The notes under the pieces are model-generated. The model had not been told where the DNA came from. It searched no databases and saw only the letters and a program-made list of their open reading frames with translations. This document shows, piece after piece, positions 34,668-44,900 of a stretch of DNA of 64,000 nt. Position 1 is the first letter of the stretch, and each line of letters opens with the position of its first letter. Source of the DNA: Yuukianura sp. NJ FZ-2021 (lineage: Eukaryota); the NCBI GenBank assembly GCA_046563655.1, contig CM102286.1, positions 15,252,001 through 15,316,000 of the forward strand, written 5' to 3'. The position numbers and the translations under genes are program-made.

Positions 34668-35237
34668 GCGATTTCCCGGGGTTATCGCCATATCTGTGGT
34701 AGATCTGCTAGGGCGATTTCCCGGGGTTATCGCCATATCTGTGGTAGATCTGCTAGGGCGATTTCCCGGGGTTATCGCCATATCTGTGGTAGATCTGCTA
34801 GGGCGATTTTCCGGGGTTATCGCCATATCTGTGGCAGATCTGCTAGGGCGATTTCCCGGGGTTATCGCCATATCTATGGTAGATCTGCTAGGGCGATTTC
34901 CCGGGGTTATCGCCATATCTATGGTAGATCTGCTAGGGCGATTTCCCGGGGTTATCGCCATATCTATGGGAGATCTGCTAGGGCGATTTCCCGGGGTTAT
35001 CGCCATATCTATGGTAGATCTGCTAGGGCGATTTCCCGGGGTTATCGCCATATACGTTGTAGATCTGCGAGGGCGATTTCCCGGGGTTATCGCCATATAC
35101 GTTGTAGATCTGCGAGGGCGATTTCCCGGGGTTATCGGCATATCTGTTGTAGATCTGCGAGGGCGATTTCCCGGGGTTATCGGCATATCTGTTGTAGATC
35201 TGCGAGGGCGATTTCCCGGGGTTATCGCCATATCTGT
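34668..35237. repeat. 45-bp GC-rich tandem repeat, ~12.5 copies
   Basis: Unit gcgatttcccggggttatcgccatatctgtggtagatctgctagg. It produces the 15-aa periodic ORFs seen on both strands. Confidence 0.95.
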
Positions 35238-35689
35238 TTTTTACCAAATGCACGTAAACGAATAACTGTTACTTTCACTGTCAGCTGTAGTTGAATCCAA
35301 TCAGAAATTGATTTCGTGGAAAGCTGATGTAGTGAGAGACCGTGGATGACAATCTTGAGATGCTTTTCATTTATGGGCGTGGTATTGCCCCGCGGAAGCG
35401 GCAATTCCAGAATTTTTGAAAATTTGAGTTCGAAAATAATTTTTAGATTGGTAAACTGTGCTAGGTCAGCGGCAGAGAATTCGTATGTTCCAATTAGACT
35501 TATTAGACTTTCTAAACAAAATGTAGCAACTTCCATTGCAGGATTTAATAGCTACAATAGTTTGGTCAGAATAGAGGCTGAAGGAGAGGAACTCGGTGAC
35601 AAGTCTGCACTGGGTGACGTCTCAAATCGAACTCCTTTTCTGAGTCTAGCAACATCTTTACTATAGAAATTGAAAAATTCGAATTTTTC

Positions 35690-35975
35690 CAAGTATAGAA
35701 CCAGCTTTACTTTAAAAATTTAATAATTCCATTTTTCCAAGTGTAGAGCCACATTTACTTTAAAAATTCCAATTTTTCCGACGACTCAGCCACACCTTTA
35801 CTTTAAAAATCCCAATGCTTTCGAGTGTAGCAACACCTTTAATTTAAAAATTTAAAAATTCTAATTTTCTTGAGTGTAGCAACACCTTTACTTTAAAAAT
35901 TTAAAAATTCTAATTTTCTTGAGTGTAGCAACACTTTTACTTGAAAAATTAAAAAATCCCAATTTTTCCGAGTCT
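35690..35975. repeat. Degenerate ~50-bp AT-rich tandem repeat
   Basis: Recurrent gagtgtagcaacacctttactttaaaaatt...aatttt. Confidence 0.75.
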
Positions 35976-36758
35976 TTTATTATTTTTTTTATTTATTTGT
36001 TACTCTCCCTGCGGGCCCAAAGCCCATGGAGAGGGAGTTCGATTTGAATTCTAATAACATATGAGTTGTTCCTATAACTACAGTGAGAAATGGTACTGTG
36101 CGTTAAGTTGTTAAAAATGGTTAGATTAAGTTGAGACCAAAGATGAGGGTGTAGTGGTGACGTCATTTTCGTTGTCTCTTCTCCTTAAATTTTGCTTTGG
36201 CTTCGGCTAGCTTGACTTTCAATAAGGACTGGTTTATGCTGGTTAGTGATTCATCGTTGATGGAACCGTATAATGTGGCAATTTCGGTCTTGAAAGCATC
36301 TCGGCTTTGCGATGCAGCTGACCAGCGCATGAAGCTAGGTTAGCTGCATTAGGAAGCTTTGCTAGGAAGCTTTTTTTATTCGTATTTAGTATGGTGGATT
36401 GACATATTTTTTATTATTTATTTGTTATTTCTTTATTATTTATTATCTCTTTAAATACCTTTTCTGTGCCTTTTCCTTTATTAACAAAAAAAAAAGTTCC
36501 ACGAAGAAAATTTAAGTCGCAGGGTTGAGTGTTCTGGAAGAGATTTCCCCCCACATGGTTCTCTTTTATCAATCTTTATTTTTGTGGGTCCAACAAAGGA
36601 ACACACACACCCAACTCCCTCCCTATGCAGAGATGGACACAAATTCATGTTATTAAACCTCTTACAGCGGATTTACTTTTAATTAATTAAGACTGGTTTA
36701 TTATTTTTTAAATTAACAACTAGTTTGAACAATTATTGTTCAGTGCTAATATTAACAT

Positions 36759-37581
36759 TGTAAGATAAGGAATTTACGTAGTGGTTAAATTAAGGGACTT
36801 CTCTTCCGCTCTAATTTGAAACCCCAACCTTTTCCGTTCCTATCCTTACGTTTTTCCCGGGCCCTTAGCAGTTTCACCTTGAAAGGGGGTTTCTTCCCTT
36901 CCAAGGGCCGACCGGTCACTCAAGGTCACGACTTGACCTCCTTTTTACCTCTGGTAGTAGTAGAAAGAAATTGGCCTCAGTTGATCAGCTACTCCAGCCC
37001 GTTATTGATCTCGAGTACTCCAGCCCGAAAATCCAGAATCCCGCACCCCAGTGCCGCACCAAACCAACTCCACACGAACCAACCAACCAGTACTAACTAC
37101 CAATAACTCACATGCCGCGGTACACAGCAATTTAAGGGGTCACCAACCCCGTGACATGAGACTGAGATGTTGTGAGTTCAATTCCAAACAACAAAAAGAG
37201 AAAACCGCGCCGCGCCGATTTACCGCGCTCAAATCGCTAAGATAATGTGAAAACCAATTGTGGAAAACCAAATGAGAAAAACTCTAATTGAATAACACGT
37301 AGATGAAACGGTAATGAACGAAAAACGAAACGGTACTTTACGGTAAACGAAACGGAATGAAACGAAAATGCCGAACCCTAATCCGCCGAGCCCTACGAGA
37401 ATGTCAGGATAGCTCCAACATTCGAACCACCTGGTGGCAGGCAAGTTATCTCACCACTGTCCACCGTACCTGTGACGTCTTCTTGATCCGGCAGCATGAC
37501 TGGGTCCCGAGTGTATGGAAGATGAGCTCCTGCTACCCTTTTCCATGTAAAAGGCAGCCTCATCCATACACTCCTTTTACA
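36759..37581. mobile_element. Possible solo LTR or other retroelement fragment
   Basis: A higher-GC non-coding block bounded by TGTAA...TTACA, with internal hairpins. No TSD could be matched. Confidence 0.3.
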
Positions 37582-37910
37582 ATTTAAAACAACAGAAGAG
37601 AGTAGCAGCTGATCTAATTGTACTTAGTACTAATCAACTTTCTTCTAGGAGTTGATTAGTACTAAGTTGGAGATGATCGGAGTCCCTAACTTCATTTAAA
37701 ATTCGATTAATTAGTCGTGGTTGAGTTTGTGTTTTTTCCTGCCTTTTGACTTGGAAGTGAAAAGATGAAAAGTGGAAGAGTTGTCCCTAAACTACCAATA
37801 GAGGGCGCGCGCTTCTCTTTCTTGTTATGAACATGACGCTATCTTTGCAGTCTCACAACATTTAATAGTTACCTCAATTGTATGCTCAATTGATTGAAGA
37901 ACTTAAATTC

Positions 37911-39053
37911 CTAGATCGGAAGATGACTGGAAGTTACGTCTGACGCAGTGACATTAACGCCCAAGTACCGCTCTCTGGAAACTTGGTCAGCATAGCTGAG
38001 ACAAGTACCCATGAAGGTACACTGCACAACACGCAGGAACTCGGCCACTCCCTCCATGTCCCCGTAAGTCTCCTCCAGAATCTCCAGCATCACTTCCATG
38101 TCCCGCACTTCGGCACAGAAGGAGTCCACTGCCTCGGAAAACGACTGCTCAAGGCCCCACCCTCGCTCAATAACATTCCTAAGGATGCTGGAGTCCTTCC
38201 AGGCATTCTCAGCCACATCCCGCTTCACACCAACTATCGCATTGAGCAGAGCAGTTCCATTTCCAAAGGAATCCATCAGCATCTGGAACAACAACGTTTT
38301 CCTGACGACTGGAGGCACAGAGGCAACTCCAGTCAATAAGGCATTCCCCTCCACTGCCATTCGCATCCCATGCACAAACTGACCCATGCTCCTCCTGTAA
38401 GTCACATTCGACAGAGACATGGATGGTTTTGATTTAGCAGCGAGAGACAAGTAGGAGGAAATGGCAGAGCAGTTGGATTCTTCCAGCAAGTGCTCCATCT
38501 CCCCAGCATCCTTGGCGTGTTGAGAAAGTGCAGAGATGGCTTGGCTGAAGCCATTGAGCAGCACTTCCAGCATATTTCCGTCTTCCGAACTTCCGTTGTG
38601 CAGAATCTGTGGAAGGAAACTGTTCAGATTAGAGTGAGGTTGGCCGAGGACTGAGATAAAAGCAAGAAGGATTCTGTAGTTGGTGACTCCGTCCATGATG
38701 GACACAGCAGAGTCCACGATGTCGTCCAGTAGAATAGCATGGACCATGAGGTTGACCATTGCCCGTAGTCCAGCACTTTGTTCCCAGTCCAAAGTGGGGT
38801 TTTGGTAGATGGCCATCAGGAGGGGCAGACCCACCTTCTTGTGTCCAGGAAAGTGTTTGAAGGTGGCTCCAACTTCCAAAGTCATTTCGTCCAGTCGATC
38901 TCTGTCCACTGCGGGCAGTTCGTAGTCACAATTGGAAAGCAGAGGAAGCTTAGCTTTGAGGTTGAGTGCCTTTCCGAATGTGGGGTGTTGGATCGGCCCC
39001 ACATCCACTTCCAGTTCCCACCCCATCACGACTCTTCTTACATTCTGAGTCAT
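37911..39053 (-). CDS. Intronless microbial-type class I terpene synthase-like protein (380 aa)
   Basis: Single ORF with DDIVD (DDxxD, 38712-38726), a YRR segment (possible pyrophosphate-sensor Arg), an NSE-like LLNAIVGVKRD (NAIVGVKRD at 38217-38243) and a C-terminal RY pair (37965-37970). Motif order and spacing match single alpha-domain terpene cyclases. Confidence 0.75.
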   Translation of the reverse strand: MTQNVRRVVMGWELEVDVGPIQHPTFGKALNLKAKLPLLSNCDYELPAVDRDRLDEMTLEVGATFKHFPGHKKVGLPLLMAIYQNPTLDWEQSAGLRAMVNLMVHAILLDDIVDSAVSIMDGVTNYRILLAFISVLGQPHSNLNSFLPQILHNGSSEDGNMLEVLLNGFSQAISALSQHAKDAGEMEHLLEESNCSAISSYLSLAAKSKPSMSLSNVTYRRSMGQFVHGMRMAVEGNALLTGVASVPPVVRKTLLFQMLMDSFGNGTALLNAIVGVKRDVAENAWKDSSILRNVIERGWGLEQSFSEAVDSFCAEVRDMEVMLEILEETYGDMEGVAEFLRVVQCTFMGTCLSYADQVSRERYLGVNVTASDVTSSHLPI

Positions 39054-39462
39054 CTCCACTCCTTTTATACTAAAATCATACTCAAAATATACTTTAGTTA
39101 GATAATGAGATTAAGAGTGGTAATTGATGTGTTTGTTGGAGATCCGGGTAGTGGGAACTTTTGTTGAGTTGTGAAACAAAGTAGAGCGATTGTTGAAGGA
39201 GATGCGCACAAACACTTATCTAGACAATCTTAATTTGAGAATACTATGTAAATTGGGTAATTGTTCAATTGCTCAACCAGGAAATAGGGCGAGATGTTGA
39301 GATACTTAATTCCCTACTTCCAGTGACTGGAGTAATTGGAATGAAGAAATTCCAAGTACAAAGTGATTACGTTTTAATTCCTATTTCGTTTAGTTAATTG
39401 GTAGCGTACCTTAGTATTGCTGAGTCGCAATAGTGGAAAACATTAGGAAAGAATGAGTTTTG

Positions 39463-40453
39463 TTAGGCCTTGGGATCCCCGTAAGCATCCGGCATTCGCT
39501 CAATCGTGAACCGATGTTGAGAGATGTACATGATGGGAACTCCAGGGATTTTTCTTATGCGCCTCTTCAAGTCCTTGTCACAAGTGCCCACTATGTAGCA
39601 TTTGTGCTGGAAAAACAAAGTAAAAGTAAGTTACAAACAGCGAATCAAAACATTTGATCATTCTTTATTGAATATTTGAATTTGAAACTGTAAAAGTACT
39701 GACCTGTGTGACCCTTTGCACGAGACAGTCGTCTGCATAAGTCCCTTTGTGGAAGCAGGGGAGGCGGTGGAAACGAGGGTCCTTCACAATCTTGAGTGCA
39801 ATTCTGTAGCGAGATCCCAGCTTCTCCAGTTCACCCATGACACAGTCAGTGATGTAGGGAGTGCCTATGTCACAAGAATCATCAGTCACTTTACTTCTAC
39901 TAGGAAGATGCGTACTTGTGCTTACATTTGGCATAGAGACAGTCCATGAGAGACTGGTAAATGTCCAGTTTGTTCTTGATTGCAAAGTTGATAAAGTTTG
40001 TGTCCAGTAGAATGTGGTAGGGCGGTCCAAGTTGTGTGTTGTACTCGAAGAACAAGGCAGAAGACGTCTGTGGCCTACAAATAACAACGGTCACTTCAAT
40101 TTCCAGTTTTTATAGGGTCAAAGTGGATTAACTTTGGGACTCACAGTTCCTTCTTTGTGGGCTCCTTTGGAGCTTGTTCCTTGGCTTTCTTCTGCACTCG
40201 GTCTTTGGCTTTCCTGTTTACAAACGTCATTGATAAGATGACTATTGAAATGAGCCTTCCAGTTTAAATGTACTGAAAGGAACGAAGTGATTCGGATGGA
40301 CTTACAGCCTGGGATCGTTGAGACTGATCATTCGCTTCATTTTGGCAAAGTCCTGCCTTGCTCCACGCGTCTTCTTGTTACGACCCTAAGAAAAAACAAT
40401 AAGAAATACAAAGAAACACTCTTCATATATAATGAAGATTCTATTATTACCAT
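39463..40453 (-). CDS. FCF1: rRNA-processing PIN-domain protein FCF1/UTP24
   Basis: [75 protein letters not shown]. The first coding exon is ATG only (40451-40453). Confidence 0.95.
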
Positions 40454-41938
40454 GTTAGTTGTTCCGTTTAGAAGTAATGTCACTCCAGCTGTCAATTGAT
40501 TAAACCCCGATGTTCTATGATGTTCTATATTGTTTAGAAGTTGATTAACCGATCAACTAATCCAGGATTACTAATCGTTAATTCAACAAAAGACCAAACA
40601 ACACATGTTTCCAAAAAAAAATATTTAAAAGAAGTGGTGGACGATTCGACAGAATCCGCAGATTCGGCGGAGTGCATGAGTTGCGGGTTTCGCAGGAATA
40701 AAAAGTTAGCACAGTCGCAGGAATAAAACGTGGAACTAGACTTTAGAAACGTATTAATTATAATTAATTAGGATTTTTAGCGTACTCACACTAAAGTATG
40801 TTAAAGATATTGGATTAAGTAATTTATAAAGTTGCAAGCTGGCAGACTTGACTTATCGCAGCAAAGGAAAGATGCTTCATGGTAAACGGTACGCGAACTG
40901 TGCTGTCTTCACAAAAACTCTTCCCACTCAGTTGACGTCAACGTCAATTCCATCCATTGTTACCACAATCAAATTAATTACAATTCTTACATTTAACAAT
41001 AACTACACGATATGTATTATTTGTGATTTACTCAAATTCTCAACCTGCCATTAGCAGGTGCATGATTTTATTTGTAAAACTAAGTTTGTTTAAATTAATT
41101 TAATTACTGCCGATTTTAACACTAAGTTGAGGTTTTTTTTTAAGTTTTGGATACAAATATAATTTTTTCGATGTAACCACTGATTTACTAGCATATGTCG
41201 ATTGCGCAAGTGGTCATAGCGTTTATACTATTGCCTGGTTACAATGAGTTTAATTTCGGTTACTTCAACAGAATATCGGGTTCAAATGTAGACTGATCGC
41301 CTTTGTTGTAACCACTATTGCTGCTATCGCCGCCGCCGTAGCTCTAACCACTGAGCTAGCGATATGGTGTTACACTGAGATTTTGATTGATGGCTATGCT
41401 AGATGGTGACAATGTAACTACCGGTTACGTATTCTTAATAAATACGCAATCTAGATTTTTGATTGCGGCGCGAAATGTTATGGTCACAAGTGAGAAAATG
41501 CATGTTCGTGTCAACCATTGTGTTGTGTTTGAAATGCCCAGCTGAGAGGTCATGTGATTGATTTTGTGTATTTTGATTGGTGGGGATTTGCCTCTCCTTC
41601 TCTTGTTCTTTCGATTGAACTTTTGTTTGTGCTGTTATACATTAAATTGATAGGAAGGAAAGGTCACGATCGGTCAATTCCAGGTCAAGTGGTTGTGTTG
41701 TGTGGACATAACCATGAAGTACCCTTGATACTCGTCCTGGAATCCACCTTTTCATAACCGTGTGTGGATCCGTCGTCCCACACTTTGGCCTCGTCCTTTC
41801 GTTGAAGTTGAGTGCAGAAGTTGAATTACGCAATCAGGTACTCCTCTTCTTTACTTGGATTTCATGTGGTTGTGTATCAATCGACCTCTTTAATAGGCAA
41901 TTGATTTGGTGGATCCTTGACTTGGTGCCGTTTGAAGG

Positions 41939-44900
41939 ATGCCCCTGCTCAAACGAACTCCGTTCATCCCTAACCCAATTCCGGATGACCTCAGACCAGA
42001 CGAAACTGTCTTCTACTCCAAACTCACCAATGAAATATTCAGAGACTACGAGTAAGATATTGGAGTAACAGTGTACAGAACCATCTGATCCATCTCCTAC
42101 TCCCAAATATAAGTTTCTCATTTTATGTTTATGTAATTTCCAGGGAATACTTTGAGCGAGTGATTTTGTGCAATTCGTTGGTGTGGGCCTGTTCCGTGAC
42201 TGGGAAGATCAATCTGACTTTCGACGAAGCTCTACAAAGTGAGAGACAAGCACAGAAAACTGTCCATTCATTCTGTCCTGCCGTAAGTCGCTTTCACTTG
42301 TTTCAATTGTTATGAACTTTGAAGTTGGGAAGTGGATGAGAGTGTGATGTGATTGTTTTTAGCTAAAGAAGGGTCTTCTGTACCTAATCAACGAAACTCG
42401 ACGGGGGAAGGTGGGTGACATTGTGGAGGACATTTTCTCCTACGCCAAAGAGCACTACTTTGTGGGGGAGAGTGTGCTGGGAGTCATTGGGAACTTGTGG
42501 TGTCACTCCAGGGTCATCAGAGTCATTCCACCCACAAAACAGGAAATCGACCAGTTCAGACGAGAGAAGGAGGCCAAGGGCAAACTAGAACCCAACGACT
42601 ACCTCAGGTATCACTCAACATTACAACTTATTAATTTATTATAATTTATTAATTATGATTTATTAATTATAATTTGTTGTAGTGATGACACTTGGGGCCC
42701 GCCTCCTGATCTCTTTCGCTACGAAGTGGAGGAGACTGATCCTGATGATCCCACCCTCCATGAAGTCCACATTCTGGAGTCCATAGATGTGAAGAGGGAG
42801 AAAGTGAGTTTGACAAAAGACAAATGTCGGTTCTTGATCAAGGCCACTTCCATCTACGACGAAGAGGAGTGTGTGTGGCGAGTGAGAGAGGAAGTGGCAG
42901 CCTCTGTTGGTCTGCGCAGTGTTGTTTTTGACGGTGGGCTGTTCGTGGGTCCAGTTCCAATTTTTGAGTCTTCTCCTGGTCCAGTCAGGAAAAGCGAAGG
43001 GAAGAAGAGGAAACAGACAGAGTCACCCACTGCTTCAAAACCAAAGCCGAAACAAAAACTTTCCAATGGGAACGGAGTTTCTCCAATCAATAAGCCGTCT
43101 CCGCCCCCAGTTTTGTCCAAGAGTGACCAGACGCGTAACCGACCGAAGAAGTCGGCAGAAAAGTAAGTTCTACTGCTATTATTTCCTTCTAATTTTTCTT
43201 TATGAACTTTCATTTTAATTTTTGTTTAGGAAGGAGAAGGTGCTTTCACCAGAGGAGCTGAAACGGCTGGAATTGGAACGACGAATGGTGGAGAAAGAAG
43301 CACAGAAGGAAGAGAAGAAAGTGCTGGCTGAATTCAAGAAACTTTGGCTGCGACCGAAGGAGGATCTGGAAGTGGAGGATCTACAGGTTTGTACTAATTA
43401 TTTGTTGAATCGCCAAACTACATACCAAAAAAATGTTAAATGTTTTTTTTTGTTGCTTAGGAACTTCCTGTGGGTGATCCCGTTGACTGCAAAATTCCTG
43501 GTGAGCTGTTTGGTGACTTCCTGCTGGTTCTGGAGTACCTCAATTGTGGCTCTCCCTTTCTGCGTCTGCGTGACTCTTTTCCGCAGGGACTTGAGTTTGA
43601 CGTGCTGGAAAGAGCTCTGTGCAAATCAGAAGTTGCAGGTAATTCTCCTCTTTCTACTTTTTTTAGTATCTCAACATTCTGCACTCTACTAACTTTGATT
43701 TGTGATTGACAGGACCTTTGAGTGACATTCTCCAACTACTACTGGGAGCAATATTTCGTCTGCAGGAGAGAGAGGCAGCTGAAATCACACAAGAACAAAA
43801 AGCAACTCCAGCACTTGGTTAGTTTCTTCTTTTTGAGTTGAGAAAAAAGATTGAAGTTTGTATTGTTTAGAGTTGGAAGAGGATGGCTGTGACGAAGTGG
43901 GTTTGGTGGAACAAGCGACGGTGGCTGCGACATGGCCACTCATATACCAGGGATTGCCACTTTATCAGTTGACTTTGGACCACTTGTCTTTGTCTGAACT
44001 GTTAAGACTTCATCTCCTGTCGTCTGGAGCTCGTTGTGGAGACAAGGATGTGAAGTGGAGAGTGCAGAATCGAGGCGGTTATTCGCACAGAGAGGATCCA
44101 GGACTGGGTTATCGCCTGGAGGAGGCAGAGGCCCTCAAGGGACTCCAAACTGGAAGTGTGTATGAGTTGTCTGTGAAGCAGAAACTGAAGCTCCTCTCTT
44201 GTCTCATTCATCAGATCCTGAGCTACGCAGAAGTGAGAGATTCCATCGAGCAGAACTTTGATCAGTTGAGGGAAACACGGTTGGAACTGAGGACTCTGCA
44301 GGCGGCAGAGAGGAGACACGAAACAGAGGACAACGCTTGGAAGTAAGCCTCAATCTTAGTTACTTTCAAAATCAACTCTGTATTTGTCTATTTCAACTTT
44401 GTTTCTGTTCATTTCAATTGTCTATTTTGTATTTCAACTGTTTATGTTTGTATTTGTGTTTTAGAGCGAAGCTGAAGAGTGAGCGCCTTGTTCCGCCTGA
44501 GAATTTCCTCAAGAATCCGACTGCGTCCGTACCTGAGAAAGCCCGACTTTTGTCTGATGATGAAATTGAGGGATTCGTTGCGAAGCGGAGTCGAGAGGCG
44601 ACGAGGCGGAAGGAGAACTTTGAATGTCGGATTGAAGAGTTGTGGCGTCGTCAGCAGCGGCAAGAGAGACTGCTGGGGCTCCATCCGTTGGGCAGAGACA
44701 GAGCATACAGAAGATACTGGCTCTCCCCCTCTGTCCCTGCACTCTTCGTGGAAAATGAGGATGAGCACATGGGCCCTTGCTGTCCAGTCCCCACTCCACA
44801 CATTCCCAACATTGACATCCAAGACATCTCTTTCGTCCGCAAATACCACAAACAGGTACTTTCTACTCCTCCATTATCAATCAATTAATAGTAAACTAAG

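Noticed and set aside
34668..35237. CRISPR-like appearance of the palindromic 45-bp array
   Set aside because: The units are contiguous with no unique spacers, there are no cas genes, and the context is eukaryotic.
34621..35265. 214-aa and 195-aa repeat ORFs as genes
   Set aside because: They arise from a stop-free 45-bp unit; there are no domains or splice context to support coding.
35970..36400. Possible 3' end of a non-LTR retrotransposon (T-rich tail plus short minus-strand frame)
   Set aside because: No recognisable RT or endonuclease motif and no TSD.
41200..41362. tRNA-like fragments (GCGCAAGTGGTCATAGCG...GGGTTCAAAT on +; TAGCTCAGTGGTTAGAGC on -)
   Set aside because: No complete cloverleaf could be built; at most a decayed SINE or tRNA-derived remnant.
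37600..41900. Biosynthetic gene cluster around the terpene synthase
   Set aside because: The neighbours are FCF1, Acf1 and a zinc-finger gene; there is no P450, prenyltransferase or dehydrogenase in the window.
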